Below, one piece after another: positions 27,601 through 40,861 of a DNA stretch of 64,000 bases. The first letter of the stretch is position 1. Every line of letters starts with the position of its first letter. The notes under the pieces are model-generated. The model was not told where the DNA came from, ran no database searches, and saw nothing but the letters and a program-made list of their open reading frames with translations. A program made the position numbers and the translations under genes. Source of the DNA: Schmidtea polychroa (lineage: Eukaryota); the NCBI GenBank assembly GCA_044892525.1, contig CM097887.1, forward strand, positions 43,214,001 through 43,278,000, in the 5' to 3' direction.

Positions 27601-30278
27601 AATAATCGCCTATTTCATTTTTAATCCCAAGGGAAAACTTTTAGGTTGAGTCAATTTTGTCTTTAAATAGTCCTCTTAATCACTAGATATGTTCTCAATC
27701 TCAGTAGATAAATCAACTATCCTAATAACTTCACCTGTTAAATCTGTCGCATTTAATCACCAAAGAAAATCCGACATCAATTTTATGTTTTTTGTATTTG
27801 TGAATTATACAAAAACTCCAGCCATTTTCATTGAATCATTGTAAAGATGATAAAGATGTTAATCTGCTTAATTGAGTTCTCTTTTTAATTTAAAAGCTGA
27901 AAAATGTGTGCGGCTAATGTCAGAACTTTGTTGTTCCAGTTGTTTACAGCACAAGGTCCAATCTGTTTTTAAATGAATAACGTTTCCAAATCAATTTTTA
28001 CATATTTTCGTAAATATTAGTCGTTTTTGTTTATGATCTTTTAAACATAAAACTATTTTTCTAATTTTTTCAATAGAAATCATCAAATCAGTGATATGAA
28101 ATGTTTCCTCATTTAAAATTGTATTAACTACAAAATTCATCATATTTATAATCACTAGACCCAGAATCATTTGCTTCTTCGTCATTTTCATTTTCCATAT
28201 TTTTCACTTCATTGCTTTCATTTTTGAATTCAGATAAATAGCTTATATAGAACTGAAATTAGAGTCAGACTTCTTCGTTTCTTATTGATTCCATTCTTTT
28301 TATCTTTATAATATTTCTGTAATAACAAAGCATAATTGTTGATCTATTGGTAAAAAATCTTTCCAACTTTATTCATCACACTTGCTCCATCCGTTATAAT
28401 AATTCGAGATTAATTCTTTGAGTGGTAAATTTTCATTTTTCGTTGTCAAAATGTTATTTGTTTCACTTTTTAAATTTAAAATTTTTAAGATTAAAATTCT
28501 TAAATTAAATCTACTTATAGTAAAATTCTCTAGTTGTTTATACTACTGTATAATTTTTCGAGGAATTCGTAATTGTTATATTTTTTTTATATTTTTATAT
28601 TCTTTTTTAGTTTAAAATCATTATAATCCAGAAATCACGGGAATATTTTAGTAGAATACTGGGATTGCCAATCTTAGTGTCAATTTTGTAAAAAGAAATT
28701 TGATAAAACCGTTTCAAATAATTGTATTGTAAATAGAATAAACTTATAAATAGCAACTGAAAAACAAAAATTAATCTATTTGACCAATAAATATTGACAT
28801 TTTGTCTAATATATTGAATGGACTAATTTAAAGCTCTGTGAAGCATCATATCTTAAATAAGTGTAAATTAATGACTAAAGGCAATATCAAGCCTTTAATC
28901 AAAATTGACACAATAAGTTGTACTTTAAAAAAAATAAATAATAAGAGTTGATTTGATTGATATTTCGACCATTAATCAAAAGATGTAATCAATACTAGCT
29001 TAGGATTTTTTATATTCTAAAATATTTCTCCATAATTTCCCTTAAACGGTTGATTTCTTTGCAGTGTGTTATGAGAATTCGGTTTATTCAGTCGCGATAA
29101 TTAAACATGAATCTTTCAATTGTAATTTCAAACATTTAATAACTTTATTTTCTTTTCAAAAAACTTGATTCTTATCAAGTGATTAATTGATCAATACGAT
29201 TGATTTTGTTGTTCAAATATACTTCTATTTAGTTCGTATGGAAATTAATAAATCTAAAGATTGATTTATCCAATTAACTCAATCTTTATTTGATAAAATA
29301 ATTTACTCGTTGATTTAATGTGTATCAAAATAATGTATCACAATTTATTATAACAAACTGACGAGAAATCAACAAATTTCGTTAAAATAAATAGTCTATA
29401 AAAATCTAACTAAGAAAAAGCAACTTGAGTAAAGATTACCGTATATACTCGTGTATAAGCCGAGAAATTTTGGGCAATTTTTTAAGCTAATTTTTTCCAT
29501 TCGGCTTATATACGGGTAACAAAAACCAATATTTTTTGCCAGCCAAAAAAACATTAATTTTAATTAAAAAATCATATTTAATTTAACTTGATTTTGGACA
29601 AAAAATTGACTATAAAAACTCACTTCGGCTTATACACGAGTATATACGGTATATTGAATACCATAAGATTTAATAATAAAATAAATAATTCAATTAATTA
29701 AAATTTAATAAGTTAATTAACTAATAAATAATTACCTTGAACAAAATAAGTACTAATTCATCTCCTGCCACGATTTTACCTCTTGCTTCTGTCAAGCACA
29801 CATCAGCATTTTGACTAATGTGCACACCGGCAACATTATATCCCAAATAATTATAAGGACACATTTTTACTTCTAAGCCGTCATGAGCAACTTTGTCAAT
29901 CATTTTTTCTTTAATTGTTGCAAGAAAGCCATATCTGACGTCCCAATGTTCAGAATACGAGGATTTCTCTTCTAATTCTTTGCTTTTTTCTAAAATATTA
30001 ATCAAAATGGTGGTTGTTTATGTTTAATACCTTTAAATTCACGTTCAAATAAGGGATTTGTGATTATTAATGCTTTTTGCAAATCCCAAGATTGTGATAA
30101 ATCAAATGAATCATTCACAAATGTCTTAGAAAGTTTTTGAAACATATCATATGTCTCTCGACTACTTCCTGGAACTTCACTGATATAATCTAGTTATAAA
30201 GCAAATAAATCAATGAATTTCTAATATCAAAAACTACTTACATGCATTTGATTCTAAAATTGAGTTTGATGAGTGCAT
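24673..30278 (-). CDS. TASOR: TASOR-like gene A, 5' exons encoding a DUF3715 (pseudo-PARP) domain; exons 30242-30278 (ATG), 30031-30189, 29736-29989, 25004-25144, 24673-24937
   Basis: Five GT-AG-bounded exons splice into one open frame of 285 codons: MHSSNSILESNAYYISEVPGSSRETY...ALIITNPLFEREFKEKSKEL...RYGFLAT...DGLEV...YLGYNVAGVHISQNAD...LILFKYMLGKRK...APTPKFDSHI...VFLYEF...RPRHCCPSAAMIFKYK. The motif order matches TASOR DUF3715 as recalled (PGSREF, NELLEKEFTEKRREL, YAFL, GLHV, LG...GVYLSRYAD, IFKIMKGK, DPTPKHECHV, YFYEY, RPRHVCPYAVVSFTYK). DUF3715 is shared with TASOR2/TEX15, so orthology is not proven. Confidence 0.88.
26190..26564 (-). mobile_element. hAT/Buster (Charlie, GTF2IRD2/EPM2AIP1-like) 3' remnant in an intron of gene A
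   Basis: ORF 26268..26564: KLFSQLGSTY...FSIMKLNKNKRRSNLTDSNLNSILKIAT..LQPNIDKIV; terminal CAGAGTGCACAACC at 26190. Confidence 0.8.
27430..28420 (-). pseudogene. Heavily decayed hAT transposase, same family as the element at 30504-33549
   Basis: Minus-strand remnants IITDGASVMNKVGK..QQLC, EKIRKIV and KQLEQQSSDIS align with ITTDGASVMTKVGK, KKIRKVV and NQLTEQNTALS of the near-intact transposase; many stops. Confidence 0.7.
29439..29649. mobile_element. Tc1/mariner-pogo-type MITE (211 bp)
   Basis: TA TSD; perfect 25-bp TIR CCGTATATACTCGTGTATAAGCCGA. Confidence 0.92.
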
Positions 30279-30503
30279 TTTTAATTTTTTATTTAGAAAT
30301 TGTATTATTCTTAATGACGATTTAAATATTTTTTTTTTAATTTAAAACAAATGCATACACAAAAAGACCAAATAAATGTTAATATTTTCATTTCAAATTA
30401 TATTATAAATTTCATTTCATGATTTAAAATACTAAAATTTTTTTTCCACCAAAAATTATGTTTTTAATTAAAAGAAATAATCAAACTTCGATTTCATTGT
30501 GAT

Positions 30504-33500
30504 TAGGGCTTGCAATACCGGATCAAATTTTCAAAACCGGTATTTCGGTATTTCATTATATTTATACCGGGATCCCGGTATTAATACCGGTATTTAAGAA
30601 AAAACAAAAAAAAGCAAAACTACACCGCAAAAAATAGAAAAAAAAATATTTATAAAGAAAATAAAATATTTAATTCAATAACGAATAATTCGAAACAATA
30701 AACTTTTTTTTAAAGTGCCACAAAAGACAAAAAAAATATAAAATAAAAAAAGAGTAATAATATAATTAATAATATATAAGAATAATAAGTCCTATGTCCT
30801 ATTGTTGTGATTTGCCTTTAAAATATGCCCTCAAAAATGTTAAACTATCAAGAGTTTTGTCGAATTTTTGTGCACAGCAGCCCTGCTGCTGAAAAGGCTC
30901 TTTCGGACTCGACGCTAGTTGGTGGTATGGACATAAGGCAGTCATATACTAGTTGAAGATATTTTCCTCTAATATGTTCTACTTCGAAGTATGCTAGTTC
31001 CTGTTTTATAACTTTATAAAGTACTTTAGAATTCATCGTTTTTGAAATTCCACTTGCAGTATTCATCACATTAACTTTCTTGGAAATTGCCATTTCTAGT
31101 TTTTCTTTCATTGTCATCGAACTTAGAATTTCTGGCTCAGAATCAGCAGATAACTCAGAAACGTCGATGGAAGAGGCTCCTATGTTTTCAATATCGATGA
31201 CATCGATAGTATATAAGCGTTCCAATAAATTTATAATTATTTTTATAATTGTTGCGTTGTTAATTCGATTAAAAATTTCATTTTGGTCGTCATCTGCTGA
31301 TTCAGTAGGATTGTGCAGGTATTGTAGTAGACTCGATAAATCAGTACACCTTTGTTTTATAATTAGCTCTTCTTTGAATTCATTACTTAAAGCAGTATTC
31401 TGTTCTGTCAATTGATTAAACATAAATAGTAAAGCTGCATCTGCGCTAAGAAGAGTAGCATCTTGACGACAACAAGCTTCAACAGTTAATTTGATTGGAA
31501 GAAGAACTGAAATAACTGATGAAATAACTAAAGAAAAATCAATTTCCGAAAATGATATTTCGGCATTTAAATTTAAATCAATCAAAGCCTTTTGTATGCA
31601 GTTCTTTAACTGGACAAAGCGTTCTAGCATGGCAAGTAAGCTATTCCAACGTGTTTTAGAATCTAGAATTAAATTCAGTTCCTTTCCAAATTGTTCTTTA
31701 ACATGTTTCTGTAAAGCTTTATCATTTTTCATTGGCGAACGTCTGAATAGCTTCACAACTTTTCTTATTTTTTTAATCAATGGACCTATCTGTTCATGAA
31801 TAATTAAACAGTCAATTGCATTGTTTTCTTGAAGTATGGATAAACTATTATCATCAAGATCACTATCATTTTCATCACTTGTATGCTGGTTATCATCTTC
31901 GTTACAATTAGAATGTTCATTTTCTAAATTTTGGTGTATCATATTTATATATAAAACCTTAATGACAGCCAATTGAATTCCGTGAACTAAGCAAAGTTGT
32001 TTCCTTGCACAAATCAACTTTCCAACTTTGGTCATGACAGATGCACCATCGGTTGTAATGCACACAATGTGTTTATTTAAAGAAACTTGGAATAATTTAA
32101 GCCTTTCTTCAACGAGGGCAACACACTTTTCTGCAGGCAATGATCCTTGCACACGAACTAATCCTAAGTTCCAGAATTTCTTGATGCCAGCATGAACATT
32201 TATATTTAAATAACGTGGGTTTTTTACCGATGTCCATTCATCAAATGTAAGACTAAATCGTTGTCCCGAAAGAATTTGAGATTCTAACTCTTTAATCATA
32301 TTTGCACGAATTTTTTCACTGTACTGCACAACTAAAATTTTTATAGAGTTTATAGATTTTGGTATATTTTCATACCCTCTGGCAGTTAAACCTTTTCTGA
32401 TATCCACGGAAGTGCAAAATATGTTAAACGACAAACCGTCACATGTCGTCATACGAGCTAAAACTGCAGACAAAGAATTGTTCGTTTCCGAAACGAAAAA
32501 TGTTGTTATTTTCCCGCTAGAAACTTTGTTCACTTTAGAAGTTGATGGTTCTGGCTCAATTTCAATCAGAAGGTTGGAGATCGGAGCATTCCTTTTTTTT
32601 AAATTAATTTGGTGGAGAGTCTTTAGGTGGGTATGCAAACCACTTGTACTACCTCCTTGCGTCTTTATTACTTTGTTACACTTCTTACATTTTGAAATTT
32701 GTCCCTTTTTCTCACGAAGAAAATAGAACCATACGGAATTTTCATCAGCTGATTTTTCCTCAAAAACATAGTTTTCCATGGCTAAAAAAACAGCGTTTTA
32801 ACTTTAAGTAAATTACAGAATTTTTTGAATATTTGTACCCACTTATTAAAACGGCAGAAATCTTGCTATTCTTTATTATTATTTATTATTTTTAATTTTT
32901 AAAAAACCCGCAGCAGTGCGCTATGATAGCGCCGCTATCTATATAAATATATAGAAAATAAAAATTTTACTTATACAATAATTAATTTTCACACTTTTAA
33001 CTTACCTTTACCTATCTGCTATTTATCAATTGAATTAATGATTATTAATTATAATTATGATTTTAAATATTTTTTAACTTTTATATTATACAAACACAAT
33101 TCTCTAAATTTTCAAAAACTTTACAACTGAACTAACTAACTATTCTTTATAAAATAAAAAACATAGCTTCAATATTGAAAATTTGGAAAAATAGAAAACA
33201 ATAATTTCCCATAGAAACGGCTTGCTATGTTGTGTCTTTTTTAGTATTTTTTTAGTATTAGAAAAATTAACGTACAAAAAGGCTCTTTCTTAATGTAAAA
33301 AAAACAAATTACTTCAGTAGGGCCACCTGTACGTAAATTTCAAAATTAGATTTAATCTTTAAATATGACAACACCTAAACATATGCTAATTACTTATAAA
33401 AAATAAAATAGTTAAATAAAAATGATATGAATGTTAACTTACAGCAAAAAAATTTAATACCGGATACCGGTATTAAGTGGTCATTAATACCGGTATTGAA

Positions 33501-33549
33501 CGGTATTAAAAATGTCGGTAATACCGGGATCCCGGTATTGCAAGCCCTA
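30504..33549 (-). mobile_element. Near-intact hAT DNA transposon (3046 bp, Ac/hobo-type TAGGG ends)
   Basis: TIR TAGGGCTTGCAATACCGG; perfect 8-bp TSD ATTGTGAT; ATACCGGTAT subterminal repeats; 643-aa transposase ORF. Confidence 0.97.
30848..32779 (-). CDS. hAT transposase with N-terminal BED zinc finger (C-terminus frameshifted)
   Basis: BED finger VW.YF...CKKC...G.STSGLHTHLKTLH; catalytic LTFDEWT, ITTDGASVM, CLVH, TRWNS, PTSVESERAFS. The expected tail KTLDSLTFLRAYF is in another frame (30799-30860). Confidence 0.95.
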   Translation of the reverse strand: MENYVFEEKSADENSVWFYFLREKKGQISKCKKCNKVIKTQGGSTSGLHTHLKTLHQINLKKRNAPISNLLIEIEPEPSTSKVNKVSSGKITTFFVSETNNSLSAVLARMTTCDGLSFNIFCTSVDIRKGLTARGYENIPKSINSIKILVVQYSEKIRANMIKELESQILSGQRFSLTFDEWTSVKNPRYLNINVHAGIKKFWNLGLVRVQGSLPAEKCVALVEERLKLFQVSLNKHIVCITTDGASVMTKVGKLICARKQLCLVHGIQLAVIKVLYINMIHQNLENEHSNCNEDDNQHTSDENDSDLDDNSLSILQENNAIDCLIIHEQIGPLIKKIRKVVKLFRRSPMKNDKALQKHVKEQFGKELNLILDSKTRWNSLLAMLERFVQLKNCIQKALIDLNLNAEISFSEIDFSLVISSVISVLLPIKLTVEACCRQDATLLSADAALLFMFNQLTEQNTALSNEFKEELIIKQRCTDLSSLLQYLHNPTESADDDQNEIFNRINNATIIKIIINLLERLYTIDVIDIENIGASSIDVSELSADSEPEILSSMTMKEKLEMAISKKVNVMNTASGISKTMNSKVLYKVIKQELAYFEVEHIRGKYLQLVYDCLMSIPPTSVESERAFSAAGLLCTKIRQNS

Positions 33550-36221
33550 ATTGTGATGGCTGCTGCCCCATCTTTGCTTTGGAAACAAACATTCTTGATA
33601 GGCAATTAATTAAGCAAGCAGTCAAAATAAGATTTATATACAATTTACAATCAGATTACTCGACAATTTTTGAAACTGGAATATTACGTGTTTAAAATAA
33701 TAGAAAAACAAGAGAAAACTGTTGGGCTAGAATTGATTTCTAAACTCCATGTTAGGAAGGGGACAAAAAGTGTCAGTACACAACACGCATACCCAGCATT
33801 AAGTTTACTTGAATGAAAATATATAAAAACACCAAATAAGCAATGATAATAAAGAGATAATATACCCAAAAATAAAACATCTTAATTAAAAATATCACAA
33901 TTAAGAAGTATCACACAAAAACTTAGTCAAATATAACCGAAATACAATAAAACAACAAAAACAAATTCGAATAAAGTCGATTAGTAAAAATTAAAAAGAA
34001 AAATTTAAAAAAATCTCCATAATATCTTTTGGAAGGAAAATTAGATCAAAATTTTCAATAAAAATCCAGAACAATCCATAATTCATCATGGCCGCTAAAC
34101 GACCCAAAAAAATTTATAAAAAAATAAAAGTTTTAGTTTAAAATATAAAAATTTTTAAAAAAAATTCACAAAAAACAAGTTTAAACTAAGAAATAGATTA
34201 AATTTAGCATGGAATGTTCTGGAAATGCTGAAATCTATCATGGAAGAAAATTTTAATAAAAATAATTCAAAAATAAAAACAAAAATTCTTACGGAAAAAT
34301 CACCATCAAAATCGATTAAAATTAAAAATCGAATGTTCTAGAATTAAAATAATTCGAATTTGTTTTACTGCATCAATGCACGCATGCATACTTGCACATA
34401 AAAAAAAGGGTATATAAAATAACACATTTCGTCATTGATCTTGATTTTTCTGAGATTGTAAGTAAGGATTTTTTAATAATATATGATTTATTATGGTTAT
34501 ATATGATTCTTCTTTTTTAATTTTTATCTTCAAATCTTTATCAATGATTTAGAGATATTGACTGAGATCCTCGTTGTTGACAATTTCAACACGAGATCCC
34601 AACAAATCCAGCTTCTATGCTAGTGTATGAGGTTCATAACCTGCAAATGCAAAAATTGAAATGATTTACGAACCCGGAGTGGCGGTTGACTGCACTAAGT
34701 ATACGGTGTAGTGTATCGCTTGAAAATACTTCGTGGTGACCAACTTAGTTTGGTGATAAATATGTTTCAAATTAATTTATTTGGGGTTACAGCGGGCTTT
34801 TTGGTTCGGCTGTAGCTGTATTGTTTACATAACAATAGGGCTTATCGTAGTGAGCACAGTGTGGCCACGAAAATAAGCAAATTTTTATTAATTGACCATT
34901 TTCTCGCAAGTAAATGATACACCTAAACTAACATTAACAATTTTGTGAACTACACACCACTAAGAATATATAAACGGGAAATATCCCAGACTCAATTATG
35001 ACACAGTGCCAAGCAAAGTAGCCTATTAATCTCTAATCTGAAATTGTAAATTTTGCTATTTATCTAATCACTACTCATTCATGCTAGCGACTCTTGCCAC
35101 TAAAATGGTTTTGTGTTATTATAATACACTATTATTGTCTAAATATGATCTAATCTTGAAGAATATTTTGAATAGGACCTTTTTTTCATTAAAATCTCTT
35201 TATGCTATCGTAATTCACCATTGATAACTCTTATCCAAATATGACTTATTCGTTTCCATAAAATACCTTACATTTCTATAGTTCACTGTCGACAAATGTT
35301 AGATTCTATAAAACACTTTGACATCGCCATAATTCATCATTGATATAGTTTAGTATTTAATAATTTTCATAAAATGTTCTTATATTATCATAAGGTATCA
35401 TTTATATATCTTTTTGCTTATGAATATCCTAAAATGCTTACATGTTGCCATAATATACTACTGATACCTTGATACATTCTATTACGTATAATTTTCATAA
35501 AATACCGTATTTTAGCGGTAATTTCCACTACAGATATTTCATCCTGACTACTAACTTAAGTGCTTCTATGGGATTTTAAAATGATGTGCACTCCTAGTCT
35601 CAAAGTTTTTTAATACTGAAATGCACAATTTTTTTTCAAAACAACAATTCTTTCAAATGTTTAAGCCACAAGTTAATTGATTCTAATTTACTTTGGATTT
35701 AGCGTTAAAGTTCATTTTCCTACTTTTTTTGGTTTGTAATTTTGTTGGAATATATTAATTGATGTTCCCTATTGAAAACTACGTTCTACTAACAGTTTCC
35801 TTTTCTTCCATTACACAACAATCCAGGTAGAACCACGCAAACTCAATTTCCTAAAATAATCTTGTACACGCGTATCTTTCCAGAAATATTAACCGTGTCA
35901 GTGGTCAGTTGAATTGTTAACGCAACTCAAAATATGGCATTTCCCAAGTTAATATAAGAAATTAATCATTTAAAAATGACATAACTAAGCCAGACAAAAA
36001 AATTGTATTCCGATTATAGCCAAATACAAAATTATTAAAGCCCAAGAGTTAATCTGTAAAATTTTATATTTTAAATCTTCTCCCATGCTGTAGAACTTCC
36101 AATAGTCTTTAAAAGGACAGGAAAATTGTCAAAAATATAATTTTGAAATTAAACCTATCAAAAGGCAATATGAAACAACTTAAATCATCATTTATGTTTG
36201 TAATCAACTTGAATAACTTAA

Positions 36222-36438
36222 CCCTTTAGATGCCGCGAGATTTTAGTACGGTCGTGCACTACAGGCCGGAAATTTTCGGGCAAAACTAAAATTGATTTTA
36301 TATTACATTATGTAAAATACTTGACCTCAGCTAGTTAAAAAATGCAAAGTATAGCGAGTTTGCACACTCATTTTGTATGAGCGGCATGGCGCGCACGGAA
36401 ATACAGAGCGTGTTAACACGCATATGGCATCTAAAGGG
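36222..36438. mobile_element. piggyBac-type MITE (217 bp)
   Basis: TTAA flanks; perfect 13-bp TIR CCCTTTAGATGCC. Confidence 0.92.
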
Positions 36439-36698
36439 TTAAATCATTTATTAATTATTTGCCAAAAAAATTTCATCACCAATCTTAAATTTACCATTAG
36501 CAGATGAAAAATGCAGAGATCAAAATACGAATGAAATAAATAAGATTAAGATTATATTTCATAAAATGATAATTTAAATTACATTTAACACGATACCAAT
36601 AAACAATAAATACAAAATTTCATGAATGCAGCTTGTGTAACACAACTGGATCGAAATTTTCTAGAACAAGAACAACTGCATACGAACAACTTATTATT

Positions 36699-36947
36699 TT
36701 AAAGAGGTTTATTGCTCATCAATTGATTATACTTTTGTCCACCATACAATGAAATTCCAGTTTTCCACCTGTTAGTTCTGTCGGCTTTATTGTCCTTCCA
36801 AATTCCAACTCTATCAACAAGCCGTTCACGACCTTGTGGTTTTAGAATTAGTGATTCTCCAACTGGATTTATAAAGCGTCAAATTGATAATCAGTTAATA
36901 ACAAATTTTCAGTCCATTGGCATAATAAGTAACACCGCTGGATAATT
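36699..36947 (-). CDS. Last two exons (36903-36947, 36699-36862) of TASOR-like gene B
   Basis: The terminal exon is 164 bp, phase 1: GESLILKPQGRERLVDRVGIWKDNKADRTNRWKTG...SNKPL*. It is paralogous to 12024-12187. The penultimate exon has a weaker donor. Confidence 0.65.
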
Positions 36948-37047
36948 CTTATTTTGTAATTATTCAACGCATTAAACGTGTCAAATTTAATAAAAACCAT
37001 ATAATTTTCAAGAAAAATAGGATAGAAAATTAAATAAAATACAAATA

Positions 37048-37160
37048 TGCCAATAAACATTAATCATTAAATATTTATTATGCCAATAAACATTATTATT
37101 AATCAATAGATATTTATTATACCAACAAACATTATTAATTATCAATAAATATTTATTAAA
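37048..37160. repeat. AT-rich minisatellite, about three 33-39-bp units
   Basis: tgccaataaacatta...atatttatta repeated; seen as NKYLLI.NNV.W in ORF 37008..37316. Confidence 0.75.
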
Positions 37161-38627
37161 TAATTCAATTTGCAAAAATATGACAATTGTGTTGAGTATA
37201 AAGACTATTGACATTAATATAATCCAGTACAAGAAATAAGTTATTATTTGTTTTAATCTTGTAACATTGTTTCGACTGCCTTGAACGAATGTCAAAATTG
37301 AAAACAGAAATTTCAAAGAATATCAAGTGATTCTAATTGGTTATTCCATGCAAAAAAGTTATTTAAAAAAAAATCCGATTGATAAAATTTCACAATAAAT
37401 ATTGGAGAGATAAGAGAAAGTATATGATCATCGATAATATTGAAAATTACTGTCTCAGCGGAAAGGTTTAAAAAGTACAGAATAACTATAAATTTAAAAC
37501 AAGGTTGTTTTTGTGTATAGTAAATAAAATTTATATCATCTGGAATTCATTGATGTGAGCTAAAACACGATCTATAATGGTCAATTTATGTTATGTTATA
37601 ATTATTATTCGACACTTGAAACATTTCAAATTTTATTTTTTTTATAATTTTAATCGATAATGTTAAGAATAAGATACAAAATTAATTAATACACAAAATC
37701 TGCCGTTGAATAATTTAGTTAACCAACAAGACGAATATAGTAATAATACTTTCATTAATATTAACCAATAATCTCATATATCAGAGTTTAACAATTTCAT
37801 ATAAATTATTATTAAAAAAAATTATTTATCATAACAATTTTCAATATTCTTTCTTTATTCTTTCGTATTATGCGAATAAACATGACTAATAATCAAAAAA
37901 TCCTTATTAAACAAGAATACAGATTTGCAAATTTGAGCATATATATGTTGAGCCTGATGTCACAATCTTAGAGTGCGAGTTTTAACATGTCAGTACAGTG
38001 AGTTAATTATTTTCTACATGTTTTAATCTAATATTTAACTATTCGTATGATAACTATTCGCTGAAATTTATAGAGAAGCTATTGAGCATAAGTAATGACA
38101 TTAAAAAATTAAAAGGTTAAACATGATAAAAATCATTTAATTTTTTGTTCACCTTGGATCTGTTTTAATTTTCTTTATTAAGACTGTAGATCAATTTGTT
38201 CGGTATTGACCTTTTAAGACATTTTATAAAAAAAATGGCTTAAAAAGGCAATGATGGAAAATTGAAATTGTTTCTACACATAAAATGACAAAAAGGGAGT
38301 TAACAACGAAATCATTTAAACAAATATTAACGTAAATAATAAATCAGAGATTTTTATGAAAAATAAATGTAATGTATCGATAAAGTTATAAATTATCCGA
38401 ACAAGTCGAAATGTCTAAAATAGAATTTAAAAACACTTGAATATATTTTTTTAAATATACTTTTTTAATTACCAACACCATATTTTATTTGATTTATTGT
38501 CAGATATCTATCCATTAATTATGAAAATTACTTGATACCTACATAAATGTTTTCCACCTGATATATCAACAGGCTTATAAATTCCTTATTTTGCTTATTT
38601 TTGGCAAACAACAAAAAATCACTTTAA

Positions 38628-39508
38628 CCTTCCTAAGACCAGGTGGGATAATAGCATCATATTTTTTTGAAAATTTCTGCTAAATCTAGAACCTACCGCA
38701 ATCAACCACTAGTTATTCCCAAGGTGATCATTTATAGGACATCGACACCAACGCGAAAGATCGATCAAAATAACAAAAAAACGTGTTTTTAACAATTAAA
38801 ATGAAACATAAAAATTTATGTAAAAAAGTAAGTATTAAAAAATAACAAATATCTAACATTGACAAGATATCCATTTTCGTTTTCCATTGCTACAATCTCG
38901 TTATCTCCATTTCTCACGAGACGATGAATATTAATACAGATGTATTAATATCCATAAACAAAGAAAACATCAACAATTAATATTAAAATACAAATTTATG
39001 TGACTATGTTTAACTGGATCTATCCGGAATCGACGGGGAAATGACAATCGGCTATGCCCTAATCATTTAATAGTACTTTGCATCAATTTATCACAAAAAA
39101 GAATCTTGTTCGCATTTATTGCAAAGAATCTGCACGCGGTACAAATTTACACAAAGTTGGTTATTCACGCCATAATATAAACCGCATCATTTGCGCATAC
39201 TCGTGAATAAGATCACAAATGTCGAAAATTATGTAATAAATGTTCAGAATTTGTGTGTATAGAACATTCCACTAGCATTATAATATGTAAAACTTGTGAT
39301 AAGAAATGTGTTACTATATATAAGAAATATTAATTTTGTAAACACTTGTTTCTGTATTATGTTTGTATTTTATAGAATATATTTTCTTTTTATACATTAA
39401 AATTATTAAAAACCTTTAAACTAGCAATAGCACAGTGAAAAAGTATTGGGGTACAAATTTACCTCAAGTGGTCTCCCATGTAAGAAATTTGAACCGGTCT
39501 TAGGAAGG
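38628..39508 (+). mobile_element. piggyBac internal-deletion derivative (881 bp)
   Basis: TTAA flanks; TIR CCTTCCTAAGACC; C-terminal Cys-rich domain remnant DHKCRKLCNKCSEFVCIEHSTSIIICKTC at ~39210-39300. Confidence 0.92.
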
Positions 39509-39865
39509 TTAAAAAGTGAAATTTGTTTCGAAAATAGATTGTATTTCAAACAATGCCGAACCTTTCATTTATTATATAATTGCGACAATCATAAATAAGA
39601 ATTTCGTTTCCAATCACAAGAACAAGCTCTATAGTGTTGTTATTCATTTACAAAATCATACTAGATCCAATTCAATAGGAGGAGTGAAATCAAAAAAAGT
39701 TTCATTAGAGGAAATGATAAAGTATTCACTATTAATGTTGCATTTATGGAAATATTTCAATTATTAAATGAAGGAAATTAAATGACTTTATTAAAATTAC
39801 TTTTATTATAACAGCATATTTTTTATAGTTCTAAAAATATATAAGAAAGTTAATTTCAAAATTGA

Positions 39866-40031
39866 NNNNNNNNNNNNNNNNNNNNNNNNNNNNNNNNNNN
39901 NNNNNNNNNNNNNNNNNNNNNNNNNNNNNNNNNNNNNNNNNNNNNNNNNNNNNNNNNNNNNNNNNNNNNNNNNNNNNNNNNNNNNNNNNNNNNNNNNNNN
40001 NNNNNNNNNNNNNNNNNNNNNNNNNNNNNNN
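39866..40031. other. Assembly gap (166 N) inside gene B
   Basis: Run of N. Confidence 0.99.
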
Positions 40032-40155
40032 ATCATGATTCAGTGTCAATTACTTTAAAATTGATTTTAATGTTCCACCAGTAACTTTTTTTACATTAAT
40101 ATTTACTAAGCAGTAAATATTAATTAGAACAGGTAATAGATAATCATAAACTCAC

Positions 40156-40236
40156 CAGATTGATTAAAAGCGTCCCCATAATTTATTGGCTTCCACTGGT
40201 CAGATTCCGATATTTTCTGGAGGAAATTTGATGAAT
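40156..40236 (-). CDS. Internal exon of TASOR-like gene B
   Basis: atgttag|...|gtgagt, 81 bp, phase 1-1: DSSNFLQKISESDQWKPINYGDAFNQSG; paralogue of 16432-16548. Confidence 0.7.
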
Positions 40237-40861
40237 CTAACATAAAAATAAATCATGTCCCAGTTTTATATTTATTGTAGGACAACAGAAAACTATGTTG
40301 CATTTTATCTTTACAAAAAAAAACAATCGACCACGGTGTCGAAGCTACAGAGAGCCACAATTATCCAAATATGGCCCCAACTTACAATTTATATTTTTTT
40401 GAATATTCGTTTGCTCAGTCCAAAAGAAAGAATATTATATTCTAGCTTCCTATAATCAATTCGACCCTAAAATTGACCTTTAACTATTACTTAATTTTCT
40501 GCTAAAATTCAATACTGGAAAAGAATGCTGAAATATTGTTACAAAAACACATAAAATTAGATGTCGTACCTCAACACCAAAAAAAATTCAATATTATGAC
40601 TAAGTGAACCTTTGAGAGTTAATGAATAAACAAAAGGGAATTATAATTTATCCGCTTTAGAAAACATTCCAAACAGATCAAACAATGCAATCCAATATTG
40701 AATACAAATGCAGACGTCTTAGAAATCTTTTAAAACAAACCATATGATATAAAGATTAAGCTTTATATTGTTGACACTTTGCCTACCCAGTGCATCATAC
40801 GTGACACACAATCACTGGAAATAGATAATCGAACAATACTTGGACAGACAAAGGGTTAAAG

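Noticed and set aside
31080-32726. Plus-strand ORFs 31080..31415, 31491..31799, 32412..32726
   Set aside because: Antisense to the hAT transposase; no independent features.
37008-37316. Hydrophobic 102-aa ORF as a membrane protein
   Set aside because: Hydrophobicity is expected from T-rich codons and half of it is a minisatellite; no splice support.
39806-40049. ORFs full of X
   Set aside because: They span the assembly gap.
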